A stretch of DNA of 64,000 nucleotides, from NCBI RefSeq assembly GCF_004010195.1, contig NC_057718.1, positions 52,824,498 through 52,888,497 on the forward strand. Direction: 5' to 3'. This document shows positions 12,515 to 23,409 of this stretch, one piece after another; the stretch's first letter is position 1; every line of letters begins with the position of its first letter. The DNA is from Chiloscyllium plagiosum. Its lineage: Eukaryota. The position numbers and the translations under genes were made by a program. The notes under the pieces are model-generated. The model searched no databases. It was not told the DNA's origin and saw only the letters and a list, made by a program, of their open reading frames with translations.

Positions 12515-12895
12515 AGTTTAAGACATGAATTAATTGAGGGTTTTGAGATCTTGAAAGCAGGGAATAGAATGAATGGAGATCACTTTTTTTTCTGTGGTTA
12601 GGAGAGTTTAGGGTAATAAAGCATAACATTAAAATCACAGCCAGGTCTAGTCGGAGAGAAGTTAAGAGCTACTTCTTCATGCAAGATCCAGAGGAAGTGT
12701 GGGACTCTTCCTTTGAAAAGGGAGTGGATGTAACCAAAACTTAAAATGTGCATAGCTGTAATTTAAAATCTGACATTAATTTTTTTTCTAGACAAAGATA
12801 CTAAATGTTATAGATCCGAGTCAGGTGACTAGGACTCAGCCATGATCTCACCGAATGTCAGAGCAGGTCCAAGGGCTAAATGACCTTCACCGATG
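12515..12895 (+). mobile_element. CR1 LINE 3' fragment
   Basis: LIEGFEILK-like segment, WDSLP-like segment and tail 'cagccatgatctcaccgaatg..gagcagg...gggctaaatgacct'. Confidence 0.7.
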
Positions 12896-13486
12896 TTGCA
12901 AGCAGAGGATCTGATGACTGTTCCAATCCTTGTTAGAAATGGGAGCTGTGCCAAAAAGCTTCACGGTCGCCAATGCACATTGTTATTATTCCTGATAGCC
13001 TCCTGAGAAAGGCATATTCACAGGGTGATAAAGGTTTTTTTTTTCCCTTGTGTACTTTGCATGCTGTAATATTTGCTTTTGTCAAACTTTAAATTTTCGC
13101 TGCTATTTTGGTTATATACAAATAACTACCCCAAAATACAATCAAATGCGTAACAATAAACTGCATGATACAATAAAAAGTGAGAAGTTTGTGTACCCAA
13201 AATATTACAAGTAGGAAATAAAACTCACTTCCAAGCTTAGTGTTGTCAAGAACTTGAGGCAACAATACTCAAAATGTATGTCAATGGGTGACAGTGTAAC
13301 AAGATTCCTGAAAAGCTTTCAAGCCATAGGTAACTGGTAGCTGCTCTTTGAAGAAAATTGCAGCTTGACTGCAAATGCTTATTTACCATCTTTTTCATTC
13401 TGTATTCCATTCTGTAAGATGGTTCGGAAATGCAATGCCTACCCAGAGTGGGAGTAGCAGTAAGTGTCATTCAAATGGAGGCACAT

Positions 13487-14114
13487 TGTTATAGACTAGG
13501 CCAGATCACTCAAAACATTCTTAAGCAAGCAGCCCAGACCATAACTTTGCAATTTGTTTCGGTAAGTGTACAGTGAAAATTATCTGGATTAAGTTAGCAA
13601 GGTTGACTATCAGGTTTAAAGCAGACAAAAAATTTATTCACGCAATTACACAATGAAACACGAATAACAGAATTAAAAAAACCCGTACAGAACTCAGTCT
13701 ATCCAAGCTAGACTTAGATATGCTGTTCCAAATATACACAACAATCCCAATAAGCAAATCCCCTTTAGAACACAGTACAAAAAAGGGTCAGATGCTTACA
13801 GGTTGAAGTTAGAAGGGCAGAAGACCGAGTTTCCACACAGCTCACTGTTAAACTCCCAACCAGTTCTGGACTGAACTAAACTGCGCAGCTAGAGAGCTGA
13901 CCATTCCCCTTTCATTATACAGATCACTTCTAAAACATGACCACTTTAGCCTGAAGTCTCATCTGTTTACATATAAACAAAAAGGCCTCTCAATACCTTT
14001 TAATCTCTGTACCAAACCAGAGTAATCAACACCGAGAGTAGTTTATTACCCCTTTGACACAGTATCCTTGAGAAAAGGCACAGCTTTTTGATAAAATAAA
14101 CCAATTTTGTGACA
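13487..14114 (-). repeat. 3' LTR (628 bp, TG...CA)
   Basis: tgttat...tgtgaca; direct repeat of 17846-18355; adjacent polypurine tract (minus strand aaggagggagg, 14115-14125). Confidence 0.9.
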
Positions 14115-14332
14115 CCTCCCTCCTTAAAAGAATGAACCATCAATATCAAAAGATAGCTTCATTTTTAACCCTTCAAAAACCTGGTTAGTAGTCTAAACAC
14201 ACTTATACATTCTACTAACTATAAACATGCAAACATGCACAACCTCATGTAAATTCACGCCATGTTACACCCATCACCGAACACCTCCATATCGCATTTG
14301 AGTCTTCATAATAAATTGGCTATCACATTTTC

Positions 14333-15550
14333 TCATCCTGCCACTTGCACAATTGTCAAATTGAATGGCTGTAACAACAAGCTCCATATAAACAATCTGG
14401 TATTTTTGTCCTTAAATGTTTCCACATATGTCAATGCGCTGTGATCAGTGTATACAGTTGTGTCAGATGCATTGCTGGTAATATAAACACTGAAATGTTG
14501 TAATGCCAACACCACGCTTAAAGTCTCTTTCACCACCATTGCATATTTCTGTTGATGAATGTTCAACTCCCTGGAAAAATACTCGATGGGTCTTTCTATC
14601 CCTTCATCATCCTCCTGTAGGAGCACTGCTCAGACACCCAGATCACCGGCATTAATAGCCACTTTGAAAGGCTTCATGTTACCTGGTGTGGCTAATACAT
14701 GGACAGTGATTAACACAGTTTTTAGGCTGTCGAATGACTTTTGACAGTCTGCTGTCCACTGAAACATCTTGCCTTTTTTTAACAATTCAGTGAGTGGAGC
14801 AGCCATACTGCTAAAGTTCCACACAAAGTTTTGGTAAAATCCATTCAATCCCAGGAACAGTAATACTGCTCTTGTTTTTGTCGATGGTGTGGAAATTCCC
14901 TAATTACTTTGGTTCTTGTATCACGTGGGGCAATTTGCCCATGTCCAATAACATGGCCCAGGAAGGTGACTTGGGCTTTGGCAAATTCACTTTGAGCTAG
15001 GTTTACCACCGAGCCTGCCTTCCAAAGTCGATCAAACAAGCCCGATAAATGCTGTAAATGTTCCTTCCACAAGTGACTAAAAATCACCAGGTCATAACAT
15101 ACACCATACAGTTGGCTAATCCTGCACTGACCTTATTAGTCAGTCCCTGAAATGTGGCTGGAGTGTTTTTTTATAGCAAATGACATGACTTTGAACTGAT
15201 ATAGTCCATTTGGTGTTACGAAAGCTGAAATTGCATTTGCACTCTCTGTCAAAGGTACTTGCCAGTAGCTGATGAGCAGGTCCGACTTAGAAATGTAAGT
15301 TGCTTGTCTACTTTTTAACTCAATCCTCCAACTGTGGAATTGGATATGAATCAGTCTTTGTAACAGTATTGACGTTGCGATAGCCCACACATAACCGTTG
15401 GGCACCATCTGGCTTTGACACCATGACTATGGGTGCGCTCCAGTCACTGTAACTTACTTCAATTATGCCATCTTAGACCATGCACTTCTATCTCCTTCTG
15501 AACCTGAGCCAACTTTAGAGGGTTATGCCTGTAAGGATGCTGCTTCATCA
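14333..15550 (-). pseudogene. Gypsy reverse transcriptase and RNase H (frameshifted)
   Basis: Fragments WSAPIVMVSKPDG, DLLISYWQVPLT..SAFVTPNGLYQFKVMSF, disrupted YVDD, VTFLGHVIG, KPFKVAINAGDLGV, ERPIEYFSREL..KYA..KETL, VYTDHSAL. Confidence 0.9.
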
Positions 15551-15770
15551 GAACAGCATCTCCCATCTCTACATCATGAACAATTGGGTAAATACTTCCC
15601 AGTATATTTCCGCATATCTCCCCATGGGATCATAATAACTTTTCAACATCATTTCAATTTTCTTGAGGAAGATAACTCAATAATTTATCCCAATTTTTGA
15701 CAACTTCCTCATGATTCAATTTGATTTGAGGAATGTCCAATTCAGAATCCTCTGAACTTGGTTCTTCCTT

Positions 15771-16030
15771 CTATTCTGTAATCATTAACTCCTCCTCCTC
15801 TTGTTTTCCTTTCCTATTAAAATATTTTTTGAGAAAATGCACATTACACACTCTGTAACATTTCTTCCTGTCTGGAGTCCTTATCAAGTAGTTCAACTCA
15901 CTCAATTTCCTCTTGGTTTGATAAGGTCCACTAAACCTGGCTTTTAAAGACTCACCTGTCACTGGAAGTCACACCAATACCTTATCCCCAATTGCAAAAT
16001 TGCGAACTTCTTACCTGCTTCCTGTTTCAT
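15771..16030 (-). pseudogene. Integrase C-terminal GPY/F module
   Basis: LKARFSGPYQTKRKLSELNYLIRTPDRKKCYRVCNVHFLKKY; lies 5' of RT on the coding strand. Confidence 0.85.
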
Positions 16031-16034
16031 TGTA

Positions 16035-16534
16035 NNNNNNNNNNNNNNNNNNNNNNNNNNNNNNNNNNNNNNNNNNNNNNNNNNNNNNNNNNNNNNNNNN
16101 NNNNNNNNNNNNNNNNNNNNNNNNNNNNNNNNNNNNNNNNNNNNNNNNNNNNNNNNNNNNNNNNNNNNNNNNNNNNNNNNNNNNNNNNNNNNNNNNNNNN
16201 NNNNNNNNNNNNNNNNNNNNNNNNNNNNNNNNNNNNNNNNNNNNNNNNNNNNNNNNNNNNNNNNNNNNNNNNNNNNNNNNNNNNNNNNNNNNNNNNNNNN
16301 NNNNNNNNNNNNNNNNNNNNNNNNNNNNNNNNNNNNNNNNNNNNNNNNNNNNNNNNNNNNNNNNNNNNNNNNNNNNNNNNNNNNNNNNNNNNNNNNNNNN
16401 NNNNNNNNNNNNNNNNNNNNNNNNNNNNNNNNNNNNNNNNNNNNNNNNNNNNNNNNNNNNNNNNNNNNNNNNNNNNNNNNNNNNNNNNNNNNNNNNNNNN
16501 NNNNNNNNNNNNNNNNNNNNNNNNNNNNNNNNNN
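16035..16534. other. Assembly gap (500 N)
   Basis: Run of exactly 500 N, likely a nominal scaffold gap size. Confidence 0.99.
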
Positions 16535-16694
16535 CCAACAAAACTTCCAGGCTTGTCTGGTTTTTTTGACAACTGGCTTTCTCCTAGCCCACCAACACTG
16601 TCAGTTTGTGTGGCCCACTTTAATACAATGAAAACACCAGAGCTTTTTAACTTCTTTGTCCCCCTCAAGGGTTTCTTTTTTACCCTGTGGTAAG

Positions 16695-17767
16695 TTATCC
16701 TTCATTGTGGGAAGTGATCTTCACTACATCTACCTTTCCCTTTCCATGTGAGGATTCCTCTTTGGCCCAATTTCTATCCCTTATGGGCTGAAATTGATTC
16801 TGGAAGCCAAACCATGTTTTATGGACCAGTTCATAATCATCAGCCACTTCAGCTGCTAACCTTGCTGTTTTAACTCTCTGCTCTTCCACATGAGTTCGCA
16901 CTATTTCAGGCACTGAATTTTTGAAATCCTCCAAAGTAATTACCTCTCTCATGGCATCATAGGTTTTTAAAGCTCTTATCCATCTATCAAAATTACTCTG
17001 CTTGATCCTTTCAAACTCAATATATATTTGACCAGGGTCCATCCTTAGATTCCAGAAACATTGTCGAAAGGCTTCTGGGACAAGCTCATGTGCACTTAAA
17101 ATGGCTTTTTTCACGTCCTCATACTCCCCAAATGCCTCCTCTGATAGTGATGTGAATACCTCGCTAGACCTACGTACAAGTTTCATTTGGATCAACAAAA
17201 CCCACATTGCCACTGGCCACTGCATTTGTTTCAAATAAGATGAAAAAGGCTTCCACATCCTTCTCATCAAATTTAGGCAATGTTTGAACATACTTAAACA
17301 GTTTCTCACTCGGCTTCTGACTAACAGTGGCTTGCTTTTCCTCACTAAACCTACCCTCAGCCTTTATCTCCAGCCTTTTAAGCTGACTTTCCTTTTTAAG
17401 TGTCAGTTTTTGAAGTTTAAAATCTGTCTCTTTTTCTTTCTCTGCTCTCTCTTTTTCTCTCTCTTCTGCTTTAAATCGTAACTCAAACTGTTTCATTTCT
17501 GCTGCCCTTTCCTTATCTCTCACCTCTAACTCAAGCTGCTTCATTTGCAATTGAATTCTTGCCATCCCTACAGATTCTGATGGTTTCTCCAGCAAGTTTA
17601 AATGCAGAGCTACAGCTGTAATTATCTCTCCTTTCCTCACAGAAAAAGGCAGACCCACTTCCAGTTTCCAGCTTGATCTTATTGACTTTTTGCAAAATGT
17701 CCAAAGTCACCACAATTACATCCAGAAAACTTTTGGTGACTGAACGAGCCATTACTCTCCCAAGCAT
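16695..17767 (-). pseudogene. Gag with coiled-coil and SCAN-like capsid domain (frameshifted)
   Basis: LPKFDEKDVEAFFILFE...YEDVKKAIL...ELVPEAFRQCFWNL...DRW...LEDFKNSVPEIVRTHVEEQRVKTARLAAEVADDY. Confidence 0.88.
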
Positions 17768-17825
17768 TGTCTATCTAACCAAACCAAAATAAAGACACTA
17801 ACGTCTACCACTCATTGTTTAAAAT

Positions 17826-17842
17826 CCAGCAAAGTGCCCCCA
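17826..17842 (-). promoter_or_regulatory. Primer-binding site, tRNA-Pro-like (degenerate)
   Basis: Minus strand TGGGGGCACTTTGCTGG starts 3 nt after the 5' LTR end and resembles the tRNA-Pro PBS TGGGGGCTCGTCCGGGAT. Confidence 0.6.
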
Positions 17843-17845
17843 GTC

Positions 17846-18355
17846 TGTTATGGACAAGGCCAGACCACACAAATCATTCTTAAGCAGGCAGCCCAGATCA
17901 TAACTTTGTAATTTGTTTCAGTAAGTGTATAGTATAAATTAGCCAGATTAAGTTATTGAGGTTGAATACGGGGTTTCAAGCAGTCAAAAAATTTATTCAC
18001 ACAATTACACAATGAAACACAAAGAACAGAATAAAGAACTCCTGCAGATCTCCGTCTATCCAAACTAGACTTAAGTATGCTATTCTGAATATATACAACA
18101 GTCCCAATAAGCAAACCCCCTTTAAAACACATTACAAAAAAGGGTCAGATGCTTACAGGTTGAAGTTAGAAGGGCAGAAGACAGAGTTTCCACACAGCCC
18201 ACTGTTGAACTTGCAACAAGTTCTGGACTGAATTGAACTGCCCAGCTAGAGAGCTGACCATTCCCCTTTCATTATACAGATCACTTCTAAAACACGACCA
18301 CTTTAGCCTGAAGTCTCATCTGTTTACATATAAACAAAAATGCCTTTCAATACCC
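17846..18355 (-). repeat. 5' LTR, truncated at its outer end
   Basis: Direct repeat of 13487-~13997; homology stops at 'caataccct', where a LINE fragment begins. Confidence 0.88.
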
Positions 18356-20004
18356 TGTTCCTTTGTTGCTGCTGGGCCAAGATTGTAGAATTCCTATTTG
18401 ACTGCATTGTAGGTGTACTTACACCATATGGACAATGGTTCAAGAAGGCAATCAATGTTGACCTTGCCAGCAACAATAGTTTTCAATGATTGAAAATAAA
18501 ATGTAATGAGTTTACTGAGACAGGTACAATTTCAATTCCTATTCAGATCAATAAATCCATTTCCAATGAGTAGCAGAATATTGCTTCAAAAATATGAAGG
18601 TACAAGGAAAGAAAATCATGTAAACAGTTCACTGCTTTAAGTTTATGACTTAAGTTGTATTATTCAGACTTTGTATTCTATTGTCTTCTGAGGAAGTAGA
18701 TGGACAGTTATAGATGCTTCCTTACTTTAGTAAGTTTCCTGTTGTGTATCAGCTAATTGCATGCTTTCCCAGACTAAAACCATGGCATTGATTTTAACCT
18801 GAAGTGGGTTTCCATTAAGCAAGAGTTGAGTGTTACATTGTTTATATTCTTATGCCATCCTTAAAGAACTCCAAACTAAATTATTAATTTCTTTGTTAAT
18901 TCTTTTCAGTCCTTTTATTCTTTCATTTGATGTGAGCATCACTGTTAAGGACAGAACATTTTGCCCAATCTTAATTCCTCTGGAGTAGGTGGTGAGCCAT
19001 CTTCATGAGTCATTACAAACAACTGGTTTGGGAATGCTTTGAGCAAGGGAGTACATGATTTTGATCCAGTAATAGTGAAGCAGGAGAGAGATGATTCTGA
19101 CTCCAGTATAGGGTTTACGGAGGAGCTTGCAGCGTAGTGGAATTCTCACATGTCCACTGCCCTTGATTTTCTGGAAGGTAAAGATCACAAATTTGGAAGA
19201 TGTTGTCTAAAGAGGCTTGATTAATTGCTATTGTGTAACTTGCATATTGTACATTTTTGTTGCTGTGTACTGGTGTTGAGAGGTGGAGGAATTTGTGATG
19301 GAGGAGTGAATTCTAATCAAGTGTTTTGCTTTACCCAATGTGTTAATGGCTTTCTTGAGTGCTGCTAAAGTTAAACCCATCCAAGCAAGTGGATAGTATT
19401 CCATTAGATTCTGGACTTGTGCCTTCTCGATGTTAATCAGGTGGATGCAGGAAATGACTTTCTTGCTGTCGAATTCTCCGCTACTGTATTTATATGACTA
19501 ATTTCTGGTCAACTATAAGTCTCAATATATTGATGTTGGTATTGGTAGATTCAGCAATAGCCACACTTAATGGATATAAATTAGAAAAGATTAGTATCTT
19601 CTTTGCCTGGTACTCTTGTAACATGACTTGTTACTTATCAGCCCATGGTGTCTGGGTCTTGCTACACACAGGTATGACTGATGCAGTATGTAAGGAATGA
19701 AAATGAAACTGAGCAATGAACAATCATGAGTGAACATTCATGATTCTGATGTTATGATGAAGAGAAGGTCTTTGAAGAAGCAGCTGATAACTGTCTTTCT
19801 GAGAACACACCCTGTGGAGATCTCGCAACAATGATGCTGCATTGAGATCACTGACCCTCAACGACCAAAAGTACTTTCAATTGGATTGGCACGAATCCAA
19901 TTAGCATTTTCCACATGGTTTCATTGACTCCAGTTTTACTTGGATTTCTTGATGCTACACTTGGTCAAATGCTGATGTTATTGGTCATACTTACCACCTT
20001 TGCA

Positions 20005-20360
20005 AACATACGAACATACAACCCAGGTCCAGGAGTAAGATATTGACCTCCTTCAGCCTGCTCTACCATTAAATAAGATTATTATCTGATCTGATCTGAT
20101 TATAATCTCAAATTCTGACTTGCACCTAATAACCTTTAATCCCCTTGTTTACCAAAAATATTGCCTCTGCATTTAAAATATTCAATTATCTGTTTCCAAC
20201 ATCACGACCTTCCAAAACAAATCCACAGCATCTCTCTTTTCGATAGGCAGCCCTTGCTTTTTAAACAGTAGTCCTTAGCTCTAAGTTCTCCCATAAGAGG
20301 AAGCATCTTCTCTACATCTACCCGGTCATGGCATCTCAGGCCCCTGCATGTTCCAAGAGT
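20005..20360 (-). mobile_element. CR1 LINE 3' fragment
   Basis: Reverse CR1 tail 'aacatacgaacatac...ggagtaag..cagcctgctctaccatt..ataagat'. Confidence 0.65.
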
Positions 20361-20374
20361 TACGTTCTCATATA

Positions 20375-20618
20375 CAGTACACCCTTGATTATCCGAATAT
20401 TAGTTATCCCAATTTTGGATGATCCAAACAAGATCTCAAGGTCCCCTAAAAACGGCATGAGGCAAGTCAGCATTCAGTTATCAGTCATGGCGTGCATTGC
20501 TAGATAACTGAGGCATGTTTGATAATGGGCATTCAAATTACCATTTGTTTACAATCACATTCGTTATCTGAACAAAATACTCCCCGCCCGTCTCAGTTGG
20601 ATAATCGAAGTTGCACTG
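20375..20618. mobile_element. Tc1/mariner (Tigger-like) MITE
   Basis: TIRs cagtacacccttgattatccgaa ... ttggataatcgaagttgcactg, flanked by TA on both sides. Confidence 0.85.
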
Positions 20619-21325
20619 TACTTCTTTTTTATTTCATGAATTCATCCTTTTGTCTATGTACCAAGGCTGTAGCATTCGGCGCTGACAGAACAAGCTGAGT
20701 TGCAGTGAGCGTACAATTTCTGTGAGTATTACTCTGTTCAATATACCTTACAGCTCTTTGTCAATTATTGAGAACATAATTCTCATGGGATAGGGAGTGA
20801 CTGGTTTGCTTTGTTGTGGCCAGAACCTGGTTAGTTTTTGACAATGCTGTGGAGAGACCAGTGTTTTAACTTGACTGGAACAGCTTAATTTAGGAGTGTG
20901 GAGACATTTGGAGACAAGTCGTCAGATTTACTATTAGAATGTTGTCACACTCCATTGCTGTTGGTGTGTCCAATGCCTTCAGGTTTTTTTTGATATCTCA
21001 TGGAGTAGTTTGAATTTCCTGAAGACCAATGTCCATGGTGCTGGGAATACAAGACCAGGCTGAGATGGACCATTTAAGCAACACTTTTGTCAGAAGATGG
21101 TAGCAAGCTTATCTCCTTTGTCTTTGGTTGGGCTTGTTCCCCGTTATGTTTGGGGATGTTTGTGTAATCTGCTCTTCCAATTAGTTGTTTAATTGTCCAC
21201 CACTATTCATGACTGAATGTGGCAGGGTGACAAAACATTGATCAAGCCCTTGGGGTTTGGAGTCACTCAGCTCTATCTCCCGCTGCTTCCACTATTTAAC
21301 ATGCGTTGGCAGACAAAAGACTCTT

Positions 21326-21617
21326 AACCCAGAGACCCAGGTGATATTCTGGGAAAGTGGGTTTCAATTCTGTTGCAGCAGATGGTGGAATTTGAATTCA
21401 ATAAAAATCTGGAATCAAGAGCTTGTGGTGATCAGGAATTTATTGGCGATTGTTGAAAAAACCCATCTAGTTCATTAATGTTCTTTAGGGAAGGAAACTA
21501 CTGGCCTACATGTGACTCCAGACCCACAGCAATGTGGTTGTTCTTAACAGCCCACTGAGACAGGCAATAAATGCCAGTTATCTCATAATGCCCTCATCCC
21601 ATGAATGAGGAAAAATA
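21326..21617 (+). mobile_element. MetaSINE-like tRNA SINE
   Basis: Core 'aaaacccatctagttcattaatgttctttagggaaggaa...ctggcctacatgtgactccagacccacagcaatgtggttg'. Confidence 0.75.
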
Positions 21618-21736
21618 AATGTTGTCCTATTTTACCAGGATAGAACCTCAGTCTTAAATTATGTTTGGTGCCATTCCTAGCATGATATCCTGCACTTCTC
21701 ATAGAGCTATGGTTTGTTCCATGCTTGATTGCAATG

Positions 21737-21900
21737 ATAGAATAGAATAGAATAGATATTTATTGTCAAGAAAAATATACTGAAAAGTTTTGTACGTCAT
21801 CCCCACACAGCACCTACATCAATGACAAAAGTCACACGAATAATATTAAGACAAAGTTCATGACCGTTCAGATAACAGTTCCTGAGCTTAGGGAAGGCCA
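21737..21900 (-). mobile_element. Rex1-like retroposon 3' tail fragment
   Basis: (ATAGA)n followed by 'tttattgtca...tgaaaagttt', like 27634. Confidence 0.5.
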
Positions 21901-22025
21901 ATTAAAGAACAACGGAATATAGTGAGGATGCTGAAGAATGAGGAGTAGGTAACATTCTGTCATTATGAAACCTCCTAATGTGTGTGGATGCTCAACCTTG
22001 AGTTGCCAGATCTGTTGTGAATCTA

Positions 22026-22248
22026 GGAGAAAGTGAGGACTGCAGATGCTGCAGATCAATGTTGAGAGTTTGGTATTGGAAAATCACAGCAGGTCAGGCA
22101 GCATCTGAGGAGCAGGAGAATCAGCATTTTGGGGACAAACCCTTCATCAGGACTGGTTTGATGAAAGGCTTATGTCCAAAACCTCGATTCTCCTGCTCCT
22201 CAGATGCTGCCTGACCTGCTGTGCTTTTCCAGCACCACACTCTCAACC
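22026..22248. mobile_element. Penelope-derived inverted-repeat mini-element with TSD
   Basis: Two opposed copies of the hammerhead-bearing unit; 14 bp direct repeat ctgttgtgaatcta at 22012-22025 and 22249-22262. Confidence 0.88.
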
Positions 22249-22324
22249 CTGTTGTGAATCTATCCTGTCTCGCACAGTGGTAGTGGGCACAACATAATGG
22301 ACAGTAATTTTATGGTCCTCAGAG

Positions 22325-22520
22325 TTTTTTAAAAACATTTATAGCTCAAGTTGTGGGTGAGGTCATAGATTTGTTTGCCGAGCTGATGTGTTTTTCTGCA
22401 GACATTTCATTACCTTATTAAGCGACATCATCAGTGCACCTCCGGTGGAGCGTTAGAGGTCTGGCCTGCCTGGTATTTATGTGTCTCTGTTTTCTGGTAC
22501 TTCTGGTTTCTGTTTTATGG
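22325..22520 (-). mobile_element. Penelope pLTR fragment with hammerhead-like core
   Basis: Minus strand ctgatga-t-gtcgct-taataa-ggtaat-gaaatgtc; similar to 11700-11848 and 24570-24744. Confidence 0.7.
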
Positions 22521-23409
22521 TGCTTATAGAGACAAATACTTTTATTAAAAAAAAAGAAATCCTTACATCATCATGGAAACAAAACCTCTAAGATAATATT
22601 TCACTGCTTAAAACTGCTACTACAAACAATTCCATCACAATAAATAGAAATCAAACATTTACATTGAAGAGTATATATATCAAATATAAAGGTAAATTTT
22701 TCATTAAATAGTTGACACAACAAAAATATGGTTGGCATAGTTACAAGCACTCATTTTTTCAATTCAAATTTGACATTGCATTTAATCTCATTCCATTTTG
22801 TAGAATATGCCACTTCCTAGCTAATCATATCATCTGCTGATTCAGATTTACCAGGGGCTGTACTTCATCTGAAATACTGAAGCATAATTATCACCAACAA
22901 CCTGCATGGCTACAACACTTTCTCACTCAGATCAGGACAGTCCTGATGGCACAGAATCCTTGGAAGGTGTCTTCTCTGATTCCTTGAAGCTGTATGATGA
23001 GTTCTGACACTAATTCAACAGCAGCAATATGTATTGTACAATCTATAATCCCTTGCTTTTCCTTTCTTTGATGTTCTGTCCTTTTCAACTATATAACACA
23101 CAGTAACATTTGGTCTATTCTCAAAGCCCAGCACAGACTATGTTTGAAAAATACTAAAAGAAGAAAACTGCTCCACCTGGCCTGTTCTCTCTTTTCAACA
23201 GTTCCCAGTTTTCTGAACAGTCAAGCAGGTCTCAATCAAATTTCAATTTATCCTTTGTTTCTTAGCTGCTTATTCTCAGGATACAGCCAGACCACATTAG
23301 CATTTCTGAAATACAATGTTGTCATAACCCTCTTTTAAAACTTTCCCCGGCATATGTTGTTTGTAAAAGAACATCAAAATCTGTCCAAGGAACTTCTCCA
23401 TGGAGTCAG

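Larger units (their letters stand above)
13487..18355 (-). mobile_element. Gmr1-like Gypsy LTR retrotransposon, decayed
   Basis: Two LTR copies; PBS-like site; PPT; SCAN-domain gag; integrase GPY/F module upstream of RT and RNase H. Confidence 0.9.
18905..22320 (-). mobile_element. Long CR1/L2-group LINE (3' end through RT to endonuclease) with nested insertions
   Basis: Continuous similarity to the 9640 and 1690 copies; degenerate TPxDIKK.LKALD...DNI RT-region motif near 20820-21030; interrupted by CR1, MITE, SINE, Rex-like and Penelope units. Confidence 0.65.

Noticed and set aside
15992..16693. Long ORFs of 176-233 aa in the track
   Set aside because: Artefacts of translating the 500-N gap.
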